DNA from: Caloramator sp.
Lineage (GTDB): Bacteria > Bacillota > Clostridia > Clostridiales > Caloramatoraceae
DNA length: 64,000 bases
Assembly (NCBI GenBank): GCA_026416875.1
Contig: JAOAEI010000001.1
Span: 16-64,015 of the forward strand
Direction of reading: 5' to 3'
Shown here: piece after piece, positions 38,151-47,159 of the stretch
How the letters are laid out: each line of letters starts with the position of its first letter
Position numbering within the stretch: the stretch's first letter is position 1
Program-made: the position numbers and the translations under genes
The notes under the pieces: model-generated
The model's input: only the letters and a program-made list of their open reading frames with translations
What the model was told of the DNA's origin: nothing
The model's database searches: none

Positions 38151-38170
38151 GCACCCGTTAGGGTGCTTTT
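38149..38170. terminator. bidirectional terminator
   Basis: AAGCACCC-GTTA-GGGTGCTTTT. Confidence 0.7.
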
Positions 38171-38868
38171 GTTATATCAAGGTGAAATTTTTTTATCCTT
38201 TCGATCTCCTCATTGCTAGCTCCTAAAAGCTCTAAAGCCTTGAAAATATGTTCATCTGCCTTTTCGGAGTAAAACTCAGGTGATGTTGCAACCGTTAAAA
38301 GGTCTATATCTTCAAAATGGGGAAGTTTATCAAAGGTTAACACAAAATATTCTATAGTTTTTTCACCAAGCCTTGTTAAAACGTCAAAGGTATAGTGGAT
38401 TAGATTTTCTTCAATTTCTAGTGACTTTAATAGATTTTGAGGGACGAATTTTTTGTAGACCTTCTCATCCTTTAAATTATATGAACCATCAGGAATTACC
38501 CAGTAAATTTTATTTACAAAGCCGTCTCTAATGGCATACCACATATAATCATCGCAGTTCATATCTATGTCCCTTAATAGGGTAAGATCCTTTTGTTTAT
38601 TTCTGTAAAGATCGCTGTGGGCGTCGATGTGGATAACGGTATTATTCGGACTTCTTTTTATCCACCAGTATGTATAGGATTTTTTGTGATTTGTAAAAAA
38701 CTTTTTTTCCTTTGGATTTAACAAACTGTGGTTTTGTAAGTTAGATACAAAATTATAAATATCATCTACAGAACAATCTTCACCCTTATATAATCTTTTG
38801 TTATTTTCTCCCTCTTGTTTTATGGGCCTTACTAAAAAATCCAAATCTATATCAACATAAATTCCCAT
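38158..38868 (-). CDS. UPF0489/arginase-fold hypothetical protein
   Basis: VDIDLDF, HIDAHSDLY, ATSPEF. Confidence 0.65.
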   Translation of the reverse strand: MGIYVDIDLDFLVRPIKQEGENNKRLYKGEDCSVDDIYNFVSNLQNHSLLNPKEKKFFTNHKKSYTYWWIKRSPNNTVIHIDAHSDLYRNKQKDLTLLRDIDMNCDDYMWYAIRDGFVNKIYWVIPDGSYNLKDEKVYKKFVPQNLLKSLEIEENLIHYTFDVLTRLGEKTIEYFVLTFDKLPHFEDIDLLTVATSPEFYSEKADEHIFKALELLGASNEEIERIKKFHLDITKAP

Positions 38869-39020
38869 TTTTCACCTCTTAAGTAGTTGATTATAATTGT
38901 ATTTTATGTGATAATTATTTAGTAAAATATGTAAAAGATATTATCTATATAATTCCAGTTGAACCTTCTATTTTTTGATTATAAAATAGTTTTAAACCTA
39001 TGTTTTAAGGAGATGGGAAT

Positions 39021-40334
39021 TTGAAAAAAAGGATATTTTTAATTTTGCTTATATTCTTTTTTTTATTTAATATAGATATCAAGGCATCATCAAATAAATA
39101 TTATAACAAGTTTTATGATTCATTAAAATATGCTCTTTTACACAAAAAAAATACCATAAAATTATCAGGTTATGATTATATAAAATTTAATATAAATGGA
39201 AATGTGAAGAAAATAATGCTGACATATAAAAATACAAAATATATAGTAACGAATGTAAAAACAGTAAAGAAATCGAAAAACTTAACTTATGTTTATATTA
39301 AGTATAAGGATGCAAGCTATGTTGCAAATACAAGAGGCGAACTGGATAATATTTTGCTTAATGTAATAAAAGACGGAATTACTTCAACATCCATAAAAAT
39401 AAACGGATATACAAAAAACTATAACTTTGAAAGCATAATAGACTCTTTAGATCTATCAAGTTCAACCTTCTTTTTAACTGGTTTTTCCTATAAGGTATAC
39501 CAGCATAGTTTGATTCCAAATCAAGTTATAGTAGATTTTACCTTTAGATATAATGATTTGTCACGGTATAGGTATCCTAGTTCAAAATATATTTTAAAAA
39601 GTAGATTAGACTTATACAGTGCTATTAAAAATGAACTTTATAATTTAAACGACAGAATTTATTTGCAGTTTACAGATATCATGATATTTGAAAAACCAAG
39701 CATAGTTTTTGATTATATAACTAAGGTTTTGGAGGATTATGGAGAACTATATTATATTAAATCCTACGGATATGTATCCTTTGGATCAAATGTTGTAGTC
39801 CTCATAAATTATACCTTCCCAAGGAATAACATTAAATATATGCGTCAGCATGTAGAAATAAAGGCAAAGGATATTTTAAGCAGGATAATTAATGATAATA
39901 TGTCGGATTATGAAAAGGAACTCGCCATTCATGATTATCTTGTAAGCAATACCAGATATGATTATACAAATGTTATAAAAAATACTGTTCCAGATGAGTC
40001 CCATACATCCTATGGAGCCCTTATAAGAGGTGTTGCTGTATGTGACGGATATGCTACAGCTTTTAATATACTTTTGAGGATGGCTGGGATTGAGAATAAG
40101 ATAGTTTATGGATTCGCAAATGGGGTTCCCCATGCTTGGAATTTAGTAAAGTTAGATGGGCAATGGTATCATGTCGATGTTACTTTTGATGATCCTGTTA
40201 TCAATGGTGGGGAAATGGATATAATTTCCTATAGATATTTTAACGTTACCGATAATCAAATTTTAATCGATCACAGCTTCGATAGAACTCGATATCCAAA
40301 ATCTGCTACAATTCCATATACACCTTTAAAATGA
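39021..40334 (+). CDS. secreted transglutaminase-like domain protein
   Basis: Signal peptide; triad AVCDGYA, HAWN, DVTFDD. Confidence 0.85.
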   Translation: MKKRIFLILLIFFFLFNIDIKASSNKYYNKFYDSLKYALLHKKNTIKLSGYDYIKFNINGNVKKIMLTYKNTKYIVTNVKTVKKSKNLTYVYIKYKDASYVANTRGELDNILLNVIKDGITSTSIKINGYTKNYNFESIIDSLDLSSSTFFLTGFSYKVYQHSLIPNQVIVDFTFRYNDLSRYRYPSSKYILKSRLDLYSAIKNELYNLNDRIYLQFTDIMIFEKPSIVFDYITKVLEDYGELYYIKSYGYVSFGSNVVVLINYTFPRNNIKYMRQHVEIKAKDILSRIINDNMSDYEKELAIHDYLVSNTRYDYTNVIKNTVPDESHTSYGALIRGVAVCDGYATAFNILLRMAGIENKIVYGFANGVPHAWNLVKLDGQWYHVDVTFDDPVINGGEMDIISYRYFNVTDNQILIDHSFDRTRYPKSATIPYTPLK

Positions 40335-40391
40335 GGCATCAGCCTCATTTTTTTCTTTTATTTTTTTAAAAAAAGTTGTATAATATAAATG

Positions 40392-40405
40392 CGAACAAAT
40401 GTTCG
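40392..40405. promoter_or_regulatory. LexA (SOS/Cheo) box
   Basis: CGAACAAATGTTCG between the TATAAT -10 and the dinB RBS. Confidence 0.9.
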
Positions 40406-40417
40406 GGTGGTGGTGAT

Positions 40418-41665
40418 GTGAGAAGGATTTTGCATGTGGATCTTAATGCTTTTTACGCTTCTGTTGAACAGGCTAAAGACGAAAGTCTAAAGGGTAAGGC
40501 TATTGCAGTGGCGGGAGATAAGGATAAGAGAAATGGCATTATATTAACAGCTTCTTATGAAGCAAGGAAATTTGGCATTAAAACCGGTATGACGATTCAG
40601 GAGGCTAAAAATTTATGCCCTAATATTATTTTTATTAAACCTCATTTTAGGGATTATATGGATTATTCCAGCAGAGTAATGAATATTTTAAGGGATTATA
40701 CTCCAGATGTTGAAGTATTTAGTATTGATGAAGCATGGCTTGATGTTACTGGATGTGAGAAGCTATTTGGGGATGCTAAAAAAATCGCCGATACCATAAG
40801 GGAAAGGATAAAAAGGGAACTTAAGATAACAGCCAGCATAGGCGTTTCTTATTGTAAGCTTATGGCTAAAATGGCTTCGGACCTTAGAAAACCTGATGCT
40901 ACAACGGTGATAGAGCCAGAGGATATAAAAGAAAAAATATGGCCCCTTCCAGTTGAAAATTTGTTCGGTGTTGGAAGGAGGATGAAGAGAAGATTTAATA
41001 ATATCGGCATTTTTACAATAGGAGATCTTGCTAATATGCCTTTATCTGTTATAGAAGAGAAGTTTGGAAAGGTTGGTAGATATCTTTGGAAGTTTGCAAA
41101 TGGAATAGATGATTCAAAAGTAAATCCTAATTCAAGGCAAATCAAGGGCATAGGTAATTCAATAACTACACCCAGAAATGTCGTTGATATGGATGAAGCT
41201 TCTGAGATTTTAATGGCACTTTCTGAAAGTGTAGGAAAAAGGCTTAGGGGATACGGGTTTGAAGGAAACATAATTGAGATTATGATAAGATATTCGGATT
41301 TTACGACAGTAATAAGGCAGAGGAAATTAAGTTTTTTTACAGATATTACATACGAAATATATAAATCTTCTATGAAATTACTTAAGGAAGCTTGGGATGG
41401 AAGGCCCCTAAGACTTTTGGGTGTTAGAATTACAGGACTTAGAAGATGTAGTGATTTTAAGCAGATAAGCATGTTTGATGATTATAAAAAAATAAAATAT
41501 GAAAAAATAGATCGATGTATAGATTTGATTAGAGAAAAATATGGAGACAATTCTGTCATAAGGGCAAAGCTTTTGACTAATGAAAGTCATAAAATGATAA
41601 AAATAGTTTCTGATAAGGAGTGGGTTCCTATGCAATCCTATAATAAAGGTGGTGGACAGATATGA
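40418..41665 (+). CDS. dinB: Y-family DNA polymerase IV
   Basis: HVDLNAFYASVE, ASYEAR, SIDEA, KMASD.RKP, QISMF clamp-binding motif; GTG start at 40418. Confidence 0.92.
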   Translation: MRRILHVDLNAFYASVEQAKDESLKGKAIAVAGDKDKRNGIILTASYEARKFGIKTGMTIQEAKNLCPNIIFIKPHFRDYMDYSSRVMNILRDYTPDVEVFSIDEAWLDVTGCEKLFGDAKKIADTIRERIKRELKITASIGVSYCKLMAKMASDLRKPDATTVIEPEDIKEKIWPLPVENLFGVGRRMKRRFNNIGIFTIGDLANMPLSVIEEKFGKVGRYLWKFANGIDDSKVNPNSRQIKGIGNSITTPRNVVDMDEASEILMALSESVGKRLRGYGFEGNIIEIMIRYSDFTTVIRQRKLSFFTDITYEIYKSSMKLLKEAWDGRPLRLLGVRITGLRRCSDFKQISMFDDYKKIKYEKIDRCIDLIREKYGDNSVIRAKLLTNESHKMIKIVSDKEWVPMQSYNKGGGQI

Positions 41666-41901
41666 AGATGATAAGGGAAATTGTAGATGCAATAGTTTTA
41701 TTTGAAAAGAATAACGTAAATCCTATGTTTATATCCTCCAGCAGGGGCAATATTAAGATAAGCAAAGTGATTAAAGTCTCTAAGGAAAGGAGAAATCTAC
41801 GAGATTGCTATATTTACATATGTTTAGTTGAAGGAAGACAGGAGCCAATAGAACTTAGATGGGAGGTAGAAAGCAACAAATGGTATATGGAGAAAATATG
41901 A
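41662..41901 (+). CDS. small hypothetical protein translationally coupled to dinB
   Basis: ATGA overlap with dinB; beta-rich pattern ending ELRWEVESNKWYM. Confidence 0.7.
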   Translation: MKMIREIVDAIVLFEKNNVNPMFISSSRGNIKISKVIKVSKERRNLRDCYIYICLVEGRQEPIELRWEVESNKWYMEKI

Positions 41902-41904
41902 TTA

Positions 41905-41950
41905 CTTAAACGAATAATACTATAAATATAGCTTTGGAATTTTCGTAATA
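41905..41950. promoter_or_regulatory. paired PurR boxes
   Basis: CGAA(41911)-N27-TTCG(41942) upstream of the TTGACT-N17-TATTAT promoter of a purine permease. Confidence 0.5.
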
Positions 41951-42030
41951 TGCAAAATTATATATAAAAATTTAATAAAAAAGTTGACTATTTTATATTG
42001 TCGTGATATTATAATGAATGTGATTTAGGC

Positions 42031-42149
42031 CATCCATATAATCCTAAGAATATGGCTTAGGAGTTTCTACCGAGGGGCCGTAAACCCTTCGACTATGGAT
42101 GAGCTAGGGGTATTGCCATCTAGCTCTCCATAGCTAGATGGCAATTTTT
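42031..42149 (+). ncRNA. purine (guanine) riboswitch with terminator expression platform
   Basis: TATAAT..AATATGG..GTTTCTACC..CCGTAAA..GACTA (C discriminator); terminator ATTGCCATCTAGCT/AGCTAGATGGCAAT plus T-tail. Confidence 0.95.
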
Positions 42150-42167
42150 GTTAAGGAGGGAGTTTCT

Positions 42168-43589
42168 ATGATGACGACGGCGGCAAAAACAAAAAAAGGC
42201 TTCCTAGATCGAATTTTTAAATTAAGTGAGGCCGGAACGGATGTAAAAACTGAAATTTTAGCAGGTATTACAACATTTATTACAATGGCCTATATTATAT
42301 TTGTAAATCCCAATATACTCAAGTTTGCAGGAATGAATAGCCAAGGAGCCGTAGGGGATGCAGCGGCAAGCTTTAATGCCATAAACGATCCTGTTGTAGC
42401 TTCCGTATTTGCAGCGACGGCAATTTCAGCAGCAATAGGAACATTTATAATGGCTCTTTATGCGAATGTGCCCTTTGCACAGGCACCAGGAATGGGGCTT
42501 AATGCCTTCTTTACCTACAGCGTTTGTATAAATCTTGGTTATACATGGCAGGAGGCTTTAGCTGCAGTATTTATTTCAGGCCTTCTTTTTATCATAATTA
42601 CTGTAACTTCTTTAAGGGAAAAGATTGTTGATGCTCTTCCTAAAAATCTTAAGCTTGCTATTTCAGGAGGTATAGGACTTTTTATAGCACTTATAGGATT
42701 AAAAAATGGAAGCATAGTTGTGGATAACCCAGCAACGCTTGTTGGTTTTGGAAGCTTTACAGATAAACATGCCCTTTTAACTTTGATTGGAATTATAATA
42801 ACTTCTATATTGATGGCAAGAGGAGTAAAGGGTTCAATTCTAATTGGAATAATAGCAACTACAATAATAGGTATCCCAATGGGAATTACTAATATAGCTG
42901 GGGTTAAGATTTTAAGTATGCCTCCATCCATTGCTCCAACCTTTATGAAGGCTGATTTTAGAGGACTTTTAGGGGTAGGAGGGGCAGGCCTTGTTGGTGC
43001 AATAAGCAGTGTTATAATGGTTGTTATATCCTTTAGCTTAGTCGATATGTTCGACACTATAGGAACTTTAGTAGGAACTGCACAAAAGGCTAATATGCTC
43101 GATGAAAATGGAAGAATGAAGAACATGAATAAAGCCCTACTTGCCGATGCGATTGCAACTTCTTGTGGTGCTTTACTTGGAACAAGCACGGTAACTACCT
43201 ATGTTGAATCTACAGCAGGGATTTCAGAGGGAGGAAAAACTGGGCTTACATCCTTTACAGTTGGAGTTTTATTTTTGCTTTCACTATTCTTTGGTGGAAT
43301 AGTAGGAGTTGTTCCGTCGGAGGCTACAGCTCCAGCCCTTGTTATAGTTGGAGTTCTCATGATGGGAGCAGTAAAGGATATAGATTTTAATGACTTTACC
43401 GAGGCACTTCCTGCCTTCTTTACAATAGCTATAATGCCCTTTAGCTACAGTATTGCAAACGGCATAGCAGCAGGAATTATATTTTATCCAATAGTTAAAA
43501 TAGTTACAGGCAGAAGTAAAGAAGTGCACCCTATTATCTATCTTTTAGCTGTATTGTTTATATTAAGATTTACAATGTTCCCCCATTAG
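42168..43589 (+). CDS. pbuG: NCS2/AzgA guanine-hypoxanthine permease
   Basis: TTFITMAYIIFVNP, QAPGMGLNAFF, DMFDTIGT, YVESTAGI; riboswitch upstream. Confidence 0.9.
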   Translation: MMTTAAKTKKGFLDRIFKLSEAGTDVKTEILAGITTFITMAYIIFVNPNILKFAGMNSQGAVGDAAASFNAINDPVVASVFAATAISAAIGTFIMALYANVPFAQAPGMGLNAFFTYSVCINLGYTWQEALAAVFISGLLFIIITVTSLREKIVDALPKNLKLAISGGIGLFIALIGLKNGSIVVDNPATLVGFGSFTDKHALLTLIGIIITSILMARGVKGSILIGIIATTIIGIPMGITNIAGVKILSMPPSIAPTFMKADFRGLLGVGGAGLVGAISSVIMVVISFSLVDMFDTIGTLVGTAQKANMLDENGRMKNMNKALLADAIATSCGALLGTSTVTTYVESTAGISEGGKTGLTSFTVGVLFLLSLFFGGIVGVVPSEATAPALVIVGVLMMGAVKDIDFNDFTEALPAFFTIAIMPFSYSIANGIAAGIIFYPIVKIVTGRSKEVHPIIYLLAVLFILRFTMFPH

Positions 43590-43599
43590 AGTTTATATA

Positions 43600-43636
43600 T
43601 AAAGGGAGGCGAGGGATTTTTCCCCGCCTCCCTTTA
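43600..43636. terminator. bidirectional terminator
   Basis: TAAAGGGAGGCG...CGCCTCCCTTTA. Confidence 0.8.
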
Positions 43637-43888
43637 TAATATGATTTTTATAGTTTCACCAGTGTGACTTATTATATTGACAAGTTCTAAACCTTTATAT
43701 TTTTTAAGTTCATCAAAGACTATGCACATAGCGTCCCAATCTAAAGAGTTAAGATATTTTAAATCTTCTTCATCAACGTATTTGTTTACAACCCTTTTAC
43801 CTAATTTAAGAGAGAGCTTAATAATAAATAGGGGTAAAATTATAGGAATAGTAAATTTTGATTTGGAAGTTTTTATAAAAATTTTCAT
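43634..43888 (-). CDS. small hypothetical protein
   Basis: Third gene of the DUF2089 operon; GLELVNI.S..GETIKI C-terminus resembles that of the preceding gene. Confidence 0.65.
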   Translation of the reverse strand: MKIFIKTSKSKFTIPIILPLFIIKLSLKLGKRVVNKYVDEEDLKYLNSLDWDAMCIVFDELKKYKGLELVNIISHTGETIKIIL

Positions 43889-43896
43889 AATATCAC

Positions 43897-44259
43897 CTAT
43901 TCAATAGTAACCTCAACTATATCGCCGTCTGCACTTTTTACATCAACTATTTTTCCAATAACAGAGGCATCAAGTGCTTCAATCAAGGCATTCATATCTA
44001 TATTTGCAGTTTGATTTTCCATTGGAATTGGAAATTTCCCTGTAGCCTTTAAAATTGCCTTTGCTGCCTTTACTGGGAAGTTTACGTTTACATTGTCCCC
44101 CTCATGGGATAAAACTTTAACCTTTAAAATTCTGCTGTCGTAATCACTATTTGTTTTTTCTTCCCTTTGATAAAGGGCATCGATAAGTTCGGCTGCCTTT
44201 TCTTGAGATATTTTTCCCTCATTTACCATAGTTAAAATTCTTAAAATTTCATCCTTCAT
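43897..44259 (-). CDS. SHOCT-like domain hypothetical protein
   Basis: EILRILTMVNEGKISQEKAAELIDAL; GKIVDVKSADGDIVEV. Confidence 0.7.
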   Translation of the reverse strand: MKDEILRILTMVNEGKISQEKAAELIDALYQREEKTNSDYDSRILKVKVLSHEGDNVNVNFPVKAAKAILKATGKFPIPMENQTANIDMNALIEALDASVIGKIVDVKSADGDIVEVTIE

Positions 44260-44276
44260 AATATCCCCCTCTTTAA

Positions 44277-44636
44277 TTAATCCCTTAACATTTTAATAGC
44301 CTCATCGGGCGTTATTTCTCCCTTTTCTAGCATATCAAGGACGTCCTTTTCTTTTTCAGATTTTTGTTTAACAGGATAACCAAGGGCTAAAATTACTTCG
44401 TCGAGTTTTGAACGGACAGTTGGATAGGATATGGAAAGCTCCTTTTCAACATCTTTAATATTTCCTCTGCATTTTATGAACACTTCAACAAAATCCAGCT
44501 GTTCCTTAGTAAGATATGAAAGATTAGACAGTTCAAATTCGCTTTCGATTGTTGTTCCACATTTTCTGCAGCTAAGCCTTGTAATTTTTAACTTAGAATC
44601 ACAAACAGGGCAGCGAGTTATTATCTTATATCCCAT
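44277..44636 (-). CDS. DUF2089 family zinc-ribbon/HTH protein
   Basis: CPVC..CRKC, GNIKDVEKELSISYPTVRSKLD, C-terminal SHOCT-like helix. Confidence 0.85.
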   Translation of the reverse strand: MGYKIITRCPVCDSKLKITRLSCRKCGTTIESEFELSNLSYLTKEQLDFVEVFIKCRGNIKDVEKELSISYPTVRSKLDEVILALGYPVKQKSEKEKDVLDMLEKGEITPDEAIKMLRD

Positions 44637-44757
44637 ATTTTCACCATCCTTGATTATATTATAGCATTTATATTAAAAAAATCAATATTGACATTAAAAT
44701 TATTAAACATAAAATTAAAAAAATTAATATAATAAAAATTTATTAAGGGCATAAAAA

Positions 44758-44786
44758 AGCACAGTATATTGAAATATACTGTGCTA
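44758..44786 (-). terminator. intrinsic terminator of the Na/Pi symporter
   Basis: AGCACAGTATATT-GA-AATATACTGTGCT with U-tail on the minus strand. Confidence 0.75.
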
Positions 44787-44799
44787 CAAACTAATAATA

Positions 44800-46422
44800 T
44801 TATGCGTAAATTTCATCCTTTTGATCAAGGACCATTTGTGCTATATTATTTGCATGGTCCCCTATTCTTTCAAGATTGCTTAATATATCAAGGAATACAG
44901 TTCCACTGACTGGGTTGCATATTCCCCTTGACAATCTTTCAATATGATCATCCCTAAATCTTTTTTCAAGTTCGTCTATTTTGCCTTCAGTTTCTAATAC
45001 CTCTTCGGCTTTTATAAAATCGGTAGTTTCAAGGGCTTCTATTGCAGAATCTATAGCAGATTTAACTGTTTCATACATTTCAGTAAGTTGCGATATTGCT
45101 GATTCTGAGAATGGGAGCTTATTATCGATCTTATACTGGGCAAGCTCTGCAAGGTTGTCCGCATGATCTCCCACTCTTTCAATGTCGTTTACAACATGGA
45201 AAAGCCCTGACACAAGTTCTGATTGTTCTTCTGATAAAGAAGTACTTGACAGTGCAACCATGAAGGCAGTTATTTCTCTTTCAAGGAAGTTTATAACTTC
45301 TTCTGTGCTGAATACCTGCTTTATTGCATTTTCATCTTCGTTTATTATAGCATCTATTGCGGTTGAAAGATTCTTAGATGCTAATTTACCCATCCTTATA
45401 ATTTCTTTAACAAGCTGGCCAACAGCTATGGATGGTGTTTCTAAAAGCCTTCTGTCAAGATGTTCTAATGTCATAACGTCTTCCTTTTCTTCTTTTCCAG
45501 GAACTAACCAGCTAACAAACTTAACAAGCAGAGCAATAAATGGAGCTTGTATTATCGTATTAGTTACATTAAACATAGTATGGGCATTTGCGATTTGTCT
45601 TTTAATGTCTCCACCTAGCACAGGTATTAGATTTACAACAACAGGAAGTATAAGCATAAATATTATGGTTCCAATAACATTAAAGGTTAAATGGATAAGG
45701 GCTGCCCTTTTGGCATTTTTGCTTGTTCCAATGCTTGCAAGAAGCGCTGTAACACAAGTCCCTATGTTATCTCCAAATAGAATTGGAAGGGCAACAGCAA
45801 GGGGCATTGCATTAAGTCCAGCAAGGGCTTGAAGTATTCCGATTGTTGCGCTACTGCTTTGAACAACAGCAGTCATTCCAAGACCGACTAATACCCCCAT
45901 TATTGGGTGATGTCCTATTGTAGTTATTAAGTTCTTAAACTCATCAAGTTCAGTTAATGGCTTCATGGATTTTTCCATCATTTTCATACCAACAAATAGC
46001 ATACCAAATCCAAGAATTATTCCACCAAGATCCCTTGTTCTTTTTCTTTTTCCGAACATAACCATGGTTACACCTAAAGCAAGGAAAATTGGTGCAATAT
46101 CTGTAAGTTTAAAGGCTATAAGTTGGGCTGTCATAGTTGTTCCGATATTTGCCCCCATGATTACTCCAGCTGCTTGGAAAAGGTTCATAAGCCCTGCGTT
46201 TACAAAACCAACCGTCATAACAGTTGTTGCACTGCTGCTTTGAATTATTGCCGTAACAAATGCTCCTACTAAAATTGCAAGAACTCTGTTCTTGGTTAGG
46301 GTTTCAAGTATTTTTTTGAGTTTGTTACCTGCTGCCTTTTGAAGACCATCCCCCATTGTTTTCATACCAAAAATAAAAAGACCAAGACCACCTAGAAGTT
46401 CAAATATGTTTTTCCAGCTCAT
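44800..46422 (-). CDS. Na/Pi cotransporter with C-terminal PhoU domains
   Basis: Two QSSS repeats, GANIGTT, GDNIGT; ERVGDHA and ERIGDHA PhoU motifs. Confidence 0.93.
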   Translation of the reverse strand: MSWKNIFELLGGLGLFIFGMKTMGDGLQKAAGNKLKKILETLTKNRVLAILVGAFVTAIIQSSSATTVMTVGFVNAGLMNLFQAAGVIMGANIGTTMTAQLIAFKLTDIAPIFLALGVTMVMFGKRKRTRDLGGIILGFGMLFVGMKMMEKSMKPLTELDEFKNLITTIGHHPIMGVLVGLGMTAVVQSSSATIGILQALAGLNAMPLAVALPILFGDNIGTCVTALLASIGTSKNAKRAALIHLTFNVIGTIIFMLILPVVVNLIPVLGGDIKRQIANAHTMFNVTNTIIQAPFIALLVKFVSWLVPGKEEKEDVMTLEHLDRRLLETPSIAVGQLVKEIIRMGKLASKNLSTAIDAIINEDENAIKQVFSTEEVINFLEREITAFMVALSSTSLSEEQSELVSGLFHVVNDIERVGDHADNLAELAQYKIDNKLPFSESAISQLTEMYETVKSAIDSAIEALETTDFIKAEEVLETEGKIDELEKRFRDDHIERLSRGICNPVSGTVFLDILSNLERIGDHANNIAQMVLDQKDEIYA

Positions 46423-46439
46423 AGTATACCTCCATTAGT

Positions 46440-46521
46440 TGTTAAAAATAAGTTAACACCAGGTTAAATTATAGTAAATTAATAGTAAAGGAGTGTTAAT
46501 TCTATGTTAATTTTATGTTAA
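46440..46521 (-). promoter_or_regulatory. array of Pho-box-like direct repeats over the Na/Pi symporter promoter
   Basis: Eight TT(A/T)AC(A/T/C) units on the minus strand; + strand starts at 46440, 46451, 46462, 46473, 46484, 46494, 46505, 46516; TATAAT at 46468-46473. Confidence 0.7.
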
Positions 46522-46727
46522 ATATAAGTTTTAAATAAACTTTTTTTACTACAAAACACAAAAAAATGTGTTTTAAAGATTTTTAAGGGGATAGACTAAG
46601 AAAATGAAGGATATTCTAATGAATATTGATTATAATATCTAAATGCAACGAAAATGATGTTTTTTTAGATTTTCAATTATCAAAAATTGGAAGTATAATA
46701 AATAAAAAACATAAGGGGGTTTGTTTT

Positions 46728-47159
46728 TTGTTATATTTTTGGGTTATAGTTGCACTCTTAGGGATAATTGTTGATATCCTTACCAGTGCATATCTATTTT
46801 TTGCCTTTACAGTAGGGGCTATTTTTGCCATTGTTGCTTTAATTTTTAATGCTTCATATTTACTTCAGATTTTAGTTTTTTCGATTATAAGTGTTTTAAC
46901 TTTAGGAATAAGCTATCCTTTAATTAAAAAGACATTAAAGAAAACTGTAAAAAGGACATTAAGGATGGAAGAGGAATATATAGGAATGGAGCTTACAGCT
47001 GAAGAAGACATAATTGATAAGGCTCATATTAAAATTAACGGCATTTATTGGCTTGCTAAAAATACAGGGGCGATTATAAAAAAGGGAGAAGGCTTTAAGA
47101 TAATTGGGATAGAAGGAAGTAAATTTTTAATTCAAAAAAGTAAGGGGGATAAAGAATGA
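46728..47159 (+). CDS. NfeD family protein
   Basis: TM N-terminus, OB-fold KINGIYWLA...IIGIEG; TTG start after AAGGGGG; upstream of an SPFH gene. Confidence 0.85.
   Translation: MLYFWVIVALLGIIVDILTSAYLFFAFTVGAIFAIVALIFNASYLLQILVFSIISVLTLGISYPLIKKTLKKTVKRTLRMEEEYIGMELTAEEDIIDKAHIKINGIYWLAKNTGAIIKKGEGFKIIGIEGSKFLIQKSKGDKE

Noticed and set aside
46440-46521. CRISPR array or replication-origin iterons
   Set aside because: Units are 6 bp with 11-bp period and sit on a phosphate transporter promoter; no cas or rep gene
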